A DNA stretch of 62,863 bases, filler included, from Octopus bimaculoides (GCF_001194135.2; 6 parts of 6 records of this genome joined end to end with filler, not necessarily neighbours in it); one strand, 5' to 3'; positions 26,104 through 39,164 are shown, counted from the whole stretch's first letter. Notes: a model not told the origin generated them from the sequence alone. Program-made: numbers and translations.

Positions 26104-26258
26104 CTATAATTGGACCTCCAGTTTTTCTGCATATATGTTAAACGTCCAACAGTGAGTTGCTTCACTCCATGATGACGCAATGTACAACGCAGCAAAGGCG
26201 ATTTGTGTAGTAGTAGTACTACAGCATATATATTCACATACATTAATCGTTTCCCTAG
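26104..26258 (-). CDS. candidate exon resembling the first half of a Dpr-type Ig1 domain (speculative)
   Basis: Acceptor ttttcctctttcccatacag| (alternative ctag| gives a start at 26254) and donor tag|gtgact. Frame LGKRLMYVNIYAVVLLLHKSPLLRCTLRHHGVKQLTVGRLTYMQKNWRSNYR echoes the Dpr pattern NVTALVGKSAYLSCRVRNLGNKT...LTVGRYTY but lacks the VSW segment. Confidence 0.3.
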
Positions 26259-29200
26259 CTGTATGGGAAAGAGGAAAATCCCTATCTTCTGAAGCGGAGA
26301 ACAACACGTGTTACTGCGAGAGTCTCGTTGAAGATTGTTCATCGATGGTGCCTTATAGAAGACCATCACTGCCCATACTTCTCACTGGCACGATTCTCTT
26401 GAGTGTCTGCATGTATTTTTACATTCGAAGTTTACTGTTCTATTAGTTCTTTTTATGCTCATTTTTACTACATAGTCTACAATTTAAAAATGTGTTTGTT
26501 GGGGAGAAAATAACTGCTTGATACTTGTTACTACTTTCGTACTTTTTGTATTGGTGTTGCATCGCAATACTTTTGGCAGTTAATTGGTATTTTTGATGAT
26601 GATAACGCTCTCACAATTAGCAGATGTAGTAGCGGTGTTAGTAACGATTTGAGTATCATTTTTGTTGTCACGTACTGCTTCATGTGCTTTTTCTTTTATT
26701 TCTTTTGTTGTAGTCGTGAACACTGCTCCCGAATGAATGCGGCAGTAGTAACGGTGGTGTTGACAATTGTAGTTTAGATCTTGCATTTTCAGTCTTTACT
26801 ATTGCTGCTGCTCTTTCGCTTTTAATTTCATTATGTGGTCGGCACCACAAATTATTGTTGAATTTAAGCGGTTGTTGTACACTTTGTTTCACACGTTATT
26901 ATAATTGTCTATGCAGTTACTGTTCCTGCCACCTTTCACTCTGCTCATCGATGGCGGTGGCCTAGCTTTAGGAGACTTTGTATTGTAAAGATAGGATAAT
27001 CGATCGATTAAAAAGGAGTAATTTAGAGATATATACGTCACTCTTTTCAGACTCATCTCCAATTGTTTCTCCTCCACGTGGGTCGTTGTTATGAACGTTC
27101 TTATGATTTAAATATCATTTTTGAAACAAAATTTCGGACTTTTTTTTTCCCCAAATGGAGCAAAATCATCCCACTGGGCTCTAGTTTAACTTAACAAAAG
27201 ATAAATAACAATTCCTATACGAAAATGCGTCAAAATATATACATATACAAAATGTAATACCGTAGAACACGTACTAGAACAACAAACAAAAACAATGAAC
27301 AATGAACAACAACAATGATAACTCTAATAATGACGACGTAATATTAGAATCGAATTTGATTAAAATTTAAAACTGAAATAAATGGGAACAAAAGACAATG
27401 TATTCCAACACTCGACCTAGTTATACTATTTTTCAACGGACACTAAATTAAGTAGCAAAATTAAACTGGAAAGCAAAAAAAAACAACAAAAGAACAAAGA
27501 AACAATGACTGAATTTAAAATGCATCACTCGAAATTTTGATTGAGAAGTTACAACGAACTGAAGGACGAAGAGGCCTTATACAACTAAAAAAAAAAAAAG
27601 AAAAAATGAACTACTATAAACAATCCACCATAAGTCTATAAAAATACCTGATTTATGATCAATACATCCATCTCAGTGCAAGACTGGTACGTTTTTTACT
27701 AACCTCGAAATGATTAAAAGCAGGGTTGATCTTGTTGAGATATAAGCAGAGAAACTAAAGTGGCAGAAGAAATACATGCATCTTTAAATACAACCTCGTA
27801 GAACAATTTCTTTTCAATTGCATAACTCTCATAGTATATTTCTGTACAATTCATAGAATTATAATCTTTGCAATCGTTACCTAACAAAATTAAACAATTA
27901 TATTGAGTCAACGGAACGAGCCTCTATGCATTGGGTATAAACACTAGAACTAGCAGCCTAGTTACCCTAAAAAACATACCTTATATACACACAATGGCCT
28001 GATAGTTGGGGCGATCTGCCTAATCAGGACAGACCTGACGTCTATATCATTCACACAAAATATAGTCGACTGAGACATTATCAAAGAACATATCACAACA
28101 CCACAATACATTCTGAACGCAGTCTCAATTCGATAAATCAGCACACTTTCATAATCCGCACCCAATACTATATCTTATTCTCACACGTCACTAACCACTT
28201 ACATTTACTATTGCTACCATTAATATCATAAAACCTACGCAATTTATGCGGTTATACTCTTTACAATCATCACACGATAATGCAACACGCAACATACACA
28301 GACCATAGTCCATGAAATCAACACCCATAGAGAAGCATGACGCATGCGCTTAGATAAACGACATTTTAACACCAATTATATAATTATTACCTGATAATTT
28401 ATAACACCAATTATATGATTACTATCCGATAATTTGATGCAAAGCACATAGCAAAACACAGCTCACACGTCACACAGGAAGCACATTCAACATCCAACAT
28501 AATAAATCTTACATACTATATTACACAATAAGAGAGAAAACAGTAAAGTAACTCTAGAAATTAAAATAAAACTCCACAAGTCAAAAGACATAACATTAAA
28601 ACATATTTCTAGACCATCAAAAGGCAATGGTAAACACACTGAAGGAACCCCATGGCGCAATTAGTGGTTCAACAGATTCTCCTACGAAACTATTAAAAAG
28701 AATAGTAATATCCTTATTGAGTGAGTGAGGCATACCAGAAAAAGAAAACCTTAAACAGACTAGGAAAGAAAATGAATGTATGCAATAATAATAAGAATGA
28801 TAAAAGATATTAAACCCTACAAGTTTGTAATTGACTCAGATACGTATTTATTTCAAGATTACATATTTTCAGGCTACTGATGAAATCAAAAGTAACGCTG
28901 ATTTTAGATATAATTATGAAAGGCAACATAATTAAATTTTTATTTTGTTAAAAATATCGACAACACTATAGTAAAATTTGTCATGGCAACATTTGGCAAA
29001 TGTTAATTCTGGAACCCATTTCTTCTCATAATGAAAAGAAACCAAGCAATGTGATAATCGCCTATATTGGTTTTATTGGTAATGCGAATAGCGCGCCACC
29101 AACTGAAGCTCTTTATTAGACGAGAGTAACACAAAAAATAAATGAAACATTCTTTTCCAATTGACTTAATGCAATTAAAGAGATTAAATTATTTAGGAAA

Positions 29201-29778
29201 TGTATTAAAATTCCTAGTTGCACATTAAAAGATTAATTTTCTTTGTTTTAATTCTGAAGTAATAAAGATTGAATAACTGAAAATCTTTTCTCAGTACCTA
29301 ACGCCATATATACATTAAATACAATGGAATGGATTAAAAATTTTCATATCAAATTCCTACTTATTGAAATCCATTATGAGGTTTGATCTACGTTCTTGAA
29401 TGCTTTTAGCGGAGTTATTCTTTTTGTGAAAAATCTGGTCAGATCTTTTTCATGACGACAGCGTTATAGCTCATACCAATCTCGGTACTCTATAAAATGT
29501 CACCGATGTAGCTCATTCTTCTATGTGTTACTATAATATCGGATAGTAGCTATTTTTAGCTAGGTCCAAGAATTCACATAAAAAAGTTAGGAGCTATACA
29601 CAGCGGCTAGAAAACTACCAAATTACCCGCACATGATCCCGAACCGCGCCTTTTCTTTTTTCTTTTTAGAAACATACGGCGGACAGATGGGTTGGCTATA
29701 CATATATAATTAATTCAATAATAGGATAAAGTCTTTTATAATAATTTATCAAGTAGCTAGCGTGAAAAAACCTCATTA

Positions 29779-30095
29779 GGAAAAAATCCATCATTTATTC
29801 CCCCAAATATATTTATTTATATAAGGGCATTACTATACATGAATGCCTCACGCTAAGAGGGACTCTAAGGTCAAACTACCATAATGATCTCTTAGTTATT
29901 ACAGTAATATGCTACTTCTACTCATCAGTATAGTATGATCAAGACACATAAAAATAAACATTTCCTCGCGTTCGGTAAAAATGTGTTTAGTATGGTAGTT
30001 TGACCTTAGAGTCCCTCTTAGCGCGAGACATACATATATAGTAATGCCTTTATATAAATAAATATATTTTGGGCAATAAATGATGGATTTATCCC
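29779..30095. mobile_element. 317-bp Tourist/PIF-Harbinger-like MITE
   Basis: About 105-bp TIRs (29779-29883 and 29991-30095) starting GG and ending CCC, flanked by TTA at both 29776-29778 and 30096-30098. Confidence 0.85.
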
Positions 30096-30198
30096 TTAGG
30101 ATCTTTGTGGTTTGACGGGTAACATTTTTTTATGTAGTGTTTTTGGTACCGAAACACTTTCAAACTTCGTATACTTGTATATTTTGTGGTATAGAACA

Positions 30199-30831
30199 GA
30201 TAAAAATTTTTGTGTTCGAATTTATTTCACGTTAATAATTGTCTTATTTCGATAATTTCAACTAATCACTGACGTCTATTCAGTTGAATACAGTTAGTGC
30301 TGTGACGGTGTATATGATATTAATTCCCGTTAGTTCTGACATTTCCGATTAACTAGAATGTTCGTAAACAAAAGGGAAAAAGTCATCAAAATACTTGAAT
30401 ATTGCCTTGAATACTTGAATATTGGAGCTGGCAGAATTATTAATTCAACTCCAAGTGCTTCATTTCCTAGAAATAGCAGCCAAATCTTCTTCAAATCAAA
30501 CTCTAGTTTAGGGTTAGGGTTCGGGTTTTAGAGTTAGGCTTGGGGTTATGAGTGAGGTTATGCCAAAAATAATCATAACCCTAACCGTAACCCTAAAACT
30601 AACCCTAACTCTAAAATTGTTACACACAGATACGCACACCGTAATTTATTATATAAACAATATATGCGTATAAATTACGATTAAACCGGATGAAATATGT
30701 CACAGGGAATAACATTTTTATGACCGGACAGCACTGACTGTATTCAGCTGAATAGACGTCAATGATTGGTTGAAATTACAGAAATACGACAATTTTAACA
30801 TGAAATAACTTGCGATATACAATTTTTTGTT
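30199..30831. mobile_element. fold-back DNA element with a telomere-like (TTAGGG/CCCTAA) inverted core; right end cut by gap
   Basis: Arms tttcacgtt..taatttcaactaatcactgacgtctattcagttgaatacagttagtgctgt (about 30225-30303) and acagcactgactgtattcagctgaatagacgtcaatgattggttgaaatta..aacatgaaa (about 30728-30805). Degenerate TTAGGG at 30508-30560 faces CCCTAA at 30576-30616. Confidence 0.8.
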
Positions 30832-30931
30832 NNNNNNNNNNNNNNNNNNNNNNNNNNNNNNNNNNNNNNNNNNNNTTAATTAATTAANNNNNNNNNNNNN
30901 NNNNNNNNNNNNNNNNNNNNNNNNNNNNNNN
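30832..30931. other. artificial scaffold linker N44-TTAATTAATTAA-N44 (12-mer also at 41827, 49389, 53966, 60893)
   Basis: Identical 12-mer giving stops in all six frames, embedded in equal N-runs five times. Confidence 0.95.
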
Positions 30932-31060
30932 GACACAATTACTGTGTCCTTATATTTGCGAGGGGGAGACAAGACTCAGAAACATGTCCCTGAATGCTGG
31001 CTAGGCTGGGTGGAGGAGTTTGACTCCCCCTCGCAAACATAAGGACACAGTAATTGTGTC
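30932..31060. repeat. 37-bp inverted repeat (1 mismatch), small MITE-like fold-back
   Basis: gacacaattactgtgtccttatatttgcgagggggag (30932-30968) versus ctccccctcgcaaacataaggacacagtaattgtgtc (31024-31060). Confidence 0.9.
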
Positions 31061-31221
31061 AAGGCCGACAGGAAGCGGTCCAGCTTCCTAGGGCTAAACA
31101 GCAGTAGTATATTCCCTTATTGGGATTGTCACATTAAGTTGATAATATACAACAACTTTATCGCATCACTACTGCTTAAATCTCTCTGAGAGATTTAGAA
31201 ATATGATATATATATATATAC

Positions 31222-31259
<38 letters not shown>

Positions 31260-31917
31260 ACATTTATATAAATAAATATATATATATATTGATTTATTTT
31301 TTACTTATAACGAAGTTCTTAAAATTACTACTCAGTGTTAATCATATATAGTACTATTTCATTCTTTTTAGCAATCATCAGCATGATATAACATATGATT
31401 TGTTAGTTGAACATTTTATGAAGAGGGACATTTCATAAATAATAGAGATAATTATAGATTGGAGGAAATACTTAGAATGTGTGTGTGTGTGTGTGTGTTT
31501 ATTCTCTTTTCTTTTCATCATAGGCAGTTAGTAGTTTAGCAATCGAGAGTGAAAAGGGAAAATTCTTAGTGTTCACATGCAGGATAAATGCTTCCAAGGA
31601 ATTCTCTCCCGTGAAGATGTCTTAAAGTAGCTAATAATTCTATTTTTAACCACAATTTCACGAACCTTTTACCAACATAATCTTTGAGGTGTAAATATTG
31701 GTTTCAAGCAATTTAATTGGAGTGGTATAACCCTCGGGTATATAGTAGAACAGGCGTCTATTCATAAAAATAATGCCTAGATCAGTGGTTCTCAACAGGG
31801 AGGCCATATGGCTTTTAACAGTCTATATAAGATTTTGTTGAAAAAACATATATGCAATAAATTGCTTATACTTCTACAATATACAAAATATATTAAACTT
31901 TTATACAATTCCTAATA

Positions 31918-32238
31918 AGCGTAGCTTAGTGGTTGGGAGTATTCGGCTTACGATCGTAAGGCCGTGGGTTCAATTCCTAGTGACGCGTTGTGTCCTTGAG
32001 CAAGACACTTTATTTCTCGTTGCTCCAGTCCACTAAGCTGGCAAAAATGAGTTGTACCTGTATTTCAAAGGGCCAACCTTATCACACTCTGTGTCACGCT
32101 GAATCTACCTGAGAACTACGTTAAGGGTACACGTGTCTGTGGAGTGCTTAGCCACTTGCACGTTAATTTCACGAGCAAGCTCTTCCGTTGATCGGATCAA
32201 CTGGAACCCTAGTCGCCGTAACCGAAGGAGTGCCAGTC
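31918..32238 (+). mobile_element. SINE family C (tRNA-derived head plus conserved central domain)
   Basis: gtagcttagtggtt (A box), ggttcaattcc (B box), gtccttgagcaagacactttatttc..., and tail gatcaactggaaccct.gtcg.cgtaaccga.ggagtgcc. Confidence 0.85.
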
Positions 32239-32303
32239 TAATGATATTTCCTTGAGTTTAATCATATTAGATTTTTATTTTATTTAATTTTTTTCTACAT
32301 AAT

Positions 32304-32466
32304 AGGCGCAGGAGTGGCTGTGTGGTAAGTAGCTTGTTTACTAACCACATGGTTCCGGGTTCAGTCCCACTGCGTAGCACCTTGGGCAAGAGTCTTCTAC
32401 TATAGCCTTGAGCCGACCAAAACCTTGTGAGTGGATTTGGTAGACGGAAACTAAAAGAAGCCCGTC

Positions 32467-32497
<31 letters not shown>

Positions 32498-32850
32498 AAC
32501 ATCACTTGACAACCGATGCTAGTGTGTTTATGTCTACGTAACTTAGCGGTTCGGCAAAAAATACCGATAGAATAAGTACTCGGATTACAAAGAATAAGTA
32601 CTCGGATTACAAAGAATAAGTCCTGGGGTCGATTTGTTCGACTAAAGGCGGTGCTCCAGCATGGCCGCAGTCAAATGACCGAAACAAGTAAAATAAAAGA
32701 ATAAAAGAATAATTGTACTAAAAATATGTCTAAATATTTTGTGTATAGTAGAAATCTAACTAGTCCTGGGGTCGATTTGCTCGACTAAAGGTGGTGTTCC
32801 AGCATGGCCGTAGTCGAATGACTGAAACAAGTGAAAGAATAAAAGAATAT
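32304..32850 (+). mobile_element. SINE family A, full length, plus a duplicated 3' tail (32762-32850)
   Basis: Same consensus as 25452. Internal tandem duplication of agaataagtactcggattacaa; second tail gtcctggggtcgatttgctcgactaaagg. Confidence 0.9.
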
Positions 32851-33228
32851 ACGTTGAATGGCTATGTAGATTCAGTAGAGTAAAATAGAAGCACAGGGAT
32901 CCATAAGCCAAAAATGGTTAATTCCTCACCATGGTAGTCGTCAGTTATATAAACAGATTTTCTTTTCTTTTAGGAATCAAGGCCAACATTTTTCAAACAC
33001 GTTTTTCCCTAGCGAGTGCACTCACACACACACGCGCACACAGACACACACAGAATTTATACATATACATATGAATTGTGTCCGTGTATGTGTATGTGTT
33101 TGTCTGTGTGTGTTTGTTTATGTATGTGTGCGTGTGCATGTGTGTGGGTGTATGTGTGAGTGTGTGCGTTTGTGTGTGTGTGAGTGTGTGTATGTGTGAG
33201 TGTGTGTTTGTGCGTGTGTGCGAGCGGC

Positions 33229-33261
<33 letters not shown>

Positions 33262-34938
33262 TGTGTGTCTGTGTGATACTATGTATTCAAATCTAAGTCG
33301 GCGTCAAAATTTCTCGATTCTGGTTCTCAAACCACTTAGAATTTGGTTTCTATATATATATCGATTAGGAATGTGCTTGACTGGAGGGGGAGTGGCAAGA
33401 TCAACTATCACTGTAGACAACCTAGACGGTGTCTAATGGTTACTAATAGTAAAGTGTAAGTGGGTGATGGAAAAACGAAGAAACAAGGCAAGAGGAAGAA
33501 GAAGAAGAAGAAGAAGAAGAAGAAGAAGAAGAAGAAGAAGAAGAAGAAGANNNNNNNNNNAGAAGAAGAAGAAGAAGAAGAAGAAGAAGAAGAAGAAGAA
33601 GAAGAAGAAGAAGAAAACGTCAGCTGCGTTTATTGAGGTGTGAAGAACTGGTTGGAATTTCATGTAAAGTTGAAAAAGAATGAAAAATAGCACATCCTGT
33701 GTTGTGACTAACTGGTTCTCTTAAGGTATTAGTGAGGACATGGGTTGGGACCTATATTTATAACTTTGAAGGATAAGGTTTGGAAGTGTGCATTATCTCC
33801 TAATACACAAGTGCGTCTGTGTATGTATGTAAATATACGTATGCATATGTGTATATATCATTCATATATATATAGGAAGAAAATTAAGAAAATTGAGATG
33901 TAGCATTTAATATAATTTATCATCTGCGAAAAATCCAACATATTCTCTTACAGCTGTTTCAATTAAGCCTAAAGATTAAAATAGCAATTATTAAATCATT
34001 ATATTAGACAAAATCTCATAAGAGGGATATAAAAGATATATCGTTATGTTATTAGGTGCTGTGTTCTCGAATCAACTCAGCAGACTGAATTTTATTTTAT
34101 GACTAATATCGGTATAAGCCTGGTATAAACCCCGATTATATTCACATATTATTCATTAACCACGAAAACAACCTATGACCCCTGTCCCAGGTTTATAGAA
34201 CCGAGCCATTGATGTTAAAACCCAGAAAATACTAACAAGCGCATAATTTCCGCATAAACAGTGACATAGACTGCCACTACCTAAAACGAAAATAAGGTGG
34301 CAGAAGCTTAGCATCGATCCAAAATGCCTATCCCTTCGGCAACATCTTTTAACCACCAAGAGTCAAAGTGCATCCCTCGACCAAGTTTGCATACATGAGG
34401 CTGATAACATCATAAAACTTGGAAGGCAGCTCCTTGAGCAACATTCTTTGATAACCAAGTATACCCAAAGAATGCGCACGACTCTACCACGTGCGCACAT
34501 ACGCACACACTCACACACGCATAAGCACACACACACACACACATACTCACACACACTCGCGCGTAGATACACGCAAATGTATTTTTTTCATTTTCCTTTC
34601 GAATCTCTTAATTTTTCTTCGTGAGATTCTCTTTTATTTCTTCCAATGGTGTATTTATTTTCATTATACACTTCTTCCATTGTTGTTTTGCTTTATATTT
34701 GCACGCTTTTTTCAGTCACGTGTTTCGCTTACCTGACTGTATTATTTGTTAGTCTCCATGTTTCATAATCTTGCTTTGTGTGATTTTTTCATACACTGAA
34801 ACACATACACACTCACTGACACACAAATGTATATGTATGTATATTATTTTTGACTATGTTTATACATATCTATGGCTTTGTATATACACGTGTGTATATA
34901 CCACTAAGCCACGCGCCTTCACACACAAAGACACACAG

Positions 34939-34979
<41 letters not shown>

Positions 34980-34989
34980 NNNNNNNNNN

Positions 34990-35033
<44 letters not shown>

Positions 35034-35161
35034 GATAACTCTTCAGATATACTGGCCGGAAATGCATGGATACATATACCTTGTTTGGCTCGGTGATGGC
35101 AAAAGCTGCGGCGAAACAGTGAAAAATTGTTATTTGGTAGTAAAAAAAGAAGTTATTCTCA

Positions 35162-35586
35162 TGGACTGGTGTTGTTAAGGGTCAAAGTAATACAGACGCT
35201 GTTGTCTACGAAGTAGAAGTAATGTTGACCAACACCGACGAAACGACGCATGTACAGAAATACGTCGGTGTAACAGGGAAGTGGCCCCTTTAACTACAAA
35301 CTAGATGATGGCAGATCTTCTCTTAGAAAAAGGAAGATTGTAATATCCAACTTTAGCCAGCTATAACACGGCCATTAAAAGAGGAAGCAACGATCTGTAA
35401 CATCACTGGAAGTTACTGGAATGTTCTGGGTCGTATCTTAATGAAAGTAGAAGATGCAAGCTCTGTTCGTTGAAGAAAAGAATCATTCTAAAATTTTCAC
35501 ACGATCTGGGTGCTTTCTTGAACTTGAAAAGTGAGATTCTCGGATGTTACCCTTATGGGCACAAATTCGTTTTAGTGATGTGGTGA
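35162..35586 (+). mobile_element. Penelope-like element GIY-YIG endonuclease remnant
   Basis: DAVVYEVEVMLTNTDETTHVQKYVGVTG, then WKLLECSGSYLNESRRCKLCSLKKRIILK...LNLKSEILGC..GHKF: the VVY..YVG and W.IL..CxLC..EK..LN..SE..CxH pattern of Penelope GIY-YIG domains. Confidence 0.8.
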
Positions 35587-36599
35587 TGTTCGTTTATGAA
35601 CCAGAGAACGTTTGACCTATGGTTAACACTAATCCTTGTGGAATAACCCTTCTTTTCTCCCTAGAAGACAAAATTTTTTCACTATGCATCGAAAGAAGCG
35701 AGTTATGAAGATAGACAACTACACAAGGTGGATGAATAAGACCTTTTGGGGAAAATAACATTTTTGAAGAATGCCTTCAAAAATGTTATTTTATCAAAGA
35801 AAGAAAGCTAGTAACATGGATTTAAAATGTAGAAAGACCATTTAACACTTCTTTCAGGAGGAAATACGCATAGAGACTTTGGATTAAAACCTTTGCTTAT
35901 GTATTGTGGCATACAGAATACTAGGGCCCTGAATTCTTTGATACTCTAACAAGAAAGCATCTGGACTCAAAACACTTTTTAAAGATTAAGTTTCAACTTA
36001 TTTTTGCACAACCGTACAAAGGGTTGTAAAATGAAACATATAACTTTCAAAGTTTTACTACCGGAGAAATTGAAATTTCATCGGAGCATTTTGGAAATAA
36101 TTCGATATAAAAGCTGTCACTGAATATATATATTTATGAATCATGTGGTGTAGCGTGGATTTTGGTCCTCTTTGCGGTAGCCAAATTGTCTGCCAACTTC
36201 CTTCAATATAACATAGTAAACACGCTTCAACAAAGTAAACACACGCAGATAAATTGGCCGCTTTGTGAGGTCAACACGTTCTATACACCCAACACTAGGC
36301 CCTACACACCTCACATAACGCCACTGCATGAGAATAACTAACGAAAACAACATGGGCGCCCTTTGGAAATATTTTAGTGCATTCTGATAACAATTCGACT
36401 AACCTTCCAAAATAAGAAGAAATTACTGAAGAAATGACAAACACAACAAAAGAGTTGGTTTTCACTGAAATAGATAATAGAATTATTCGTGGTCTGCTTA
36501 TATCACATTCAGATTAATTAGCTGATCCTGAACCGATGAGAGTTGGTGTAGTTAGGACACTGTAAAACGAGATCTGTCGAAAGGATAACCCCGAAGACA

Positions 36600-37160
36600 A
36601 AGAAATAAGAACCCACAATATGGTGGAAGCCATAGCCACTCATTATAAAAAAGGAGTAGTGGTGGAATGTCCCAGTGAAAACCTCAACAAAATAATGAAA
36701 ATTAGACCTGATATTATGATTTGGGATAGAGAAGAGAAACTGTATACAGTTGTGGAAATCAGCTGTCCAGCGGATGTTAGCATAAAGCTAAAGATCAGTG
36801 AAAAAGAGAATACCTACACTGAACTATTGAAAATTACAAGTTCAGGTTTATAATTGCAACTAGTAACGCCCCAGATTACATGTTCAGGTTTATAATTGTA
36901 ACTAGTGAGGCCCTAGGATGTGTAACACACTGCCTAAATACCAATCTTGAGAAATTAGGCTTCTCAAAACCAGAAAGGAGAAAGCTAATTTGAAGACTTC
37001 AGATCCAGTCCATCACTGGAACTGTGAAAATCAGTAAAACTTGCCAGAAATTTATCATTTAAGTATATATGAGCATGTCTTGATATGAAAGTATATGCAT
37101 GAGAAGACATACATGAAACAAAACATACAAATCTGCATATATACATACAAAAATACCCTA
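36600..37160 (+). mobile_element. 5'-truncated RLE-clade LINE 3' end (same family as 50455)
   Basis: RPDIMIWDREEKLYTVVEISCPADVSIKLKISEKENTY (PD..D/E.K nuclease); clear similarity to 50455-50900. Confidence 0.8.
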
Positions 37161-37224
37161 TTGTTGATGTTGAAATTCCAATGAAGGAACCATAGATCTA
37201 GGTTAGAAACTGACATGTTTTGAG

Positions 37225-37395
37225 GGGAAGGGGTTAGTCAATTATATCGACCCCAGTGCTCAACTGGTACTTCTTTAATCGATCCCAAAAGTTGAAAGGT
37301 GAATTCGACCTCGGCAGAATTTGAACTCAGGCTGTAAAGAGCTGGATGAAATGCCAATAAGCAGTATATCCGATGCGCTCGCCAACTCCGTAGCT
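37225..37395 (-). mobile_element. SINE family B copy
   Basis: atcgaccccagtgctcaactggtact...tcgacctcggcagaatttgaactcag. Confidence 0.75.
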
Positions 37396-38289
37396 ATTAT
37401 ATAATAATATTCATTTGTTTTAGCATTTCCTCCTCTCTCATGTTGATGAGGCGTTGTAGCAACAATTTGTTCTCTTTCGCTTTCTCTTTTCGTTTTTTTG
37501 TTGTTGTTGTTTTTTTTTATATAGCCCCATTGTCTGACTGAACATTTGTAACCGACATAAAGCAACAGGAAGCGTAGATCTATGAACAAATGATCAAATA
37601 AAAAGATATGCAGTACTTAAAAAATATTATCTCACCTATCTTCCTAAATAAATTTTCATATAGAATGAAGCTGATATTTCGATATTACAACGCTTTATTC
37701 AAAGCTTGAAAAGCCAACAAACAAATTAATATTGTGTGATATCAGATGTCCTCACGCTTTCAGTTTTATCTGCTTGCCGTCAAATCGGCTATTCAGCAAT
37801 TACACTTGCTTCATAGAGCAGCTTTCATAAAATGATAAATTTGGTAACTTGAGAACATTTGATATAACGACGACTGTCTGTCACTAAAACGTAACTTGAA
37901 CCTTCAAACTATTGATAGATTTCGCAAAAACCTCTGTTCTTTTTTTCAAAAATTTCAATTATTCTATTACATTTAAATTGCATCTAAAAGTCATCAAATT
38001 TTCAGGTTACATTTAACCAATATGCATCTTACAGAAAACAAATGAAAAGCTTTAATAAATTCACAATCTTACGAATCATTATTATCAATTTAGTTTAAAA
38101 TGTGTCCTTTTGACAATCTATATCATTTTCTAATAAGTGTTTTTAAAAAGAAATCCGACTGTTACACCGAAGCATCCAGAAGAAGCAGCTAGACAGAAAA
38201 AGTATAACTAGAATAGAGTTTTAACAGCTATCAATCATAGAATGATATATGCGCTTTTCCAGTTTTAATATATGTAGCTAAACAAAGTA

Positions 38290-38500
38290 GCGAGCTGGCA
38301 GAAACGTTAGCATACTGGGCAAAATGCATAGTGGTATTTCGTCTGTCTTTACGTTGTGAGTTCAAATTCCACCGATGTCTACTTTGCTTTTCATCCTTTC
38401 GGAATCGATAAATTAAGTACCACTTGCGTACTGGGGTAGATCTAATCGACTAGCCCCCTCTCCAAAAATTTCTAGGTCTTGTACCTAGAGTAAAAAAGAA
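38290..38500 (+). mobile_element. SINE family B copy
   Basis: gcgagctggcagaaacgttagca...gagttcaaattcc...ctttgcttttcatcctttcgg...gtaccac...ctggggt. Confidence 0.85.
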
Positions 38501-38998
38501 TATATGTAGTTAAGCATTTTTTCAAACTCCTACCAATACATTTCCTTCCAAACCGCAAATACAAAAAAGTCCTCGATAATTAAACCTCATATTCATTACC
38601 TACAATTTTGCACAAACACCTGTGTACTCTTATCTATTGAAATTTAAAACCCTGTCTTGTCTCTATACCTCTAACTATATCAACACCAATATATATCCAC
38701 TTGGAAGTAATTGCAAACATCAAATCACTTCAAATTGCACACACGCGCGTGCACATATGTATGTATGTAAGTCAGCACGAGTATATACATACATATGTGT
38801 GTGTGCGTGCTTCTGTAGATAGATAGATAGATAGATAGATAGACAGACTTTAGCCAACGACCGTTTATTACGTGAGCTGGCAATCCCTGTTACGCAATAC
38901 AATGCTACCTGCTCACTTCGTCAGCATAATGAAATACTTAATGAAACACGTGTACATTATATAAAGCATATAACACCGGTTACATTTTCTCTGTCTCT

Positions 38999-39035
<37 letters not shown>

Positions 39036-39164
39036 ATTACTTCGAAGTTGCTGTCAACCTTTTCCTTGTAAAAGTTTAATAAATATGTACTCTTCTATAA
39101 AGTTAAAACAAACATTAATGTATATTTTATATATATATATAGTTGGAATTTACAGAAAAACAAA

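Noticed and set aside
26180-26446. 88-aa plus-strand ORF with hydrophobic ends
   Set aside because: No recognisable domain; overlaps the better-motivated minus-strand candidate; includes a (GTA)n run. Cannot be excluded without RNA data.
30508-30616. Telomere-telomere fusion scar
   Set aside because: The repeats are short, degenerate and enclosed by transposon-like inverted arms; treated as element cargo instead.
32924-32932. Minus-strand ATG directly followed by a GTGAGG donor
   Set aside because: In phase with the 26258 acceptor, but a 9-nt match with no supporting context is expected by chance.
34156-34280. Phase-1 acceptor followed by GSGSLCHCLCGNYALVSIFWVLTSMARF...stop
   Set aside because: Would be a terminal exon lying upstream of the Ig exon with no Ig exon feeding it; such acceptors are common by chance in AT-rich DNA.
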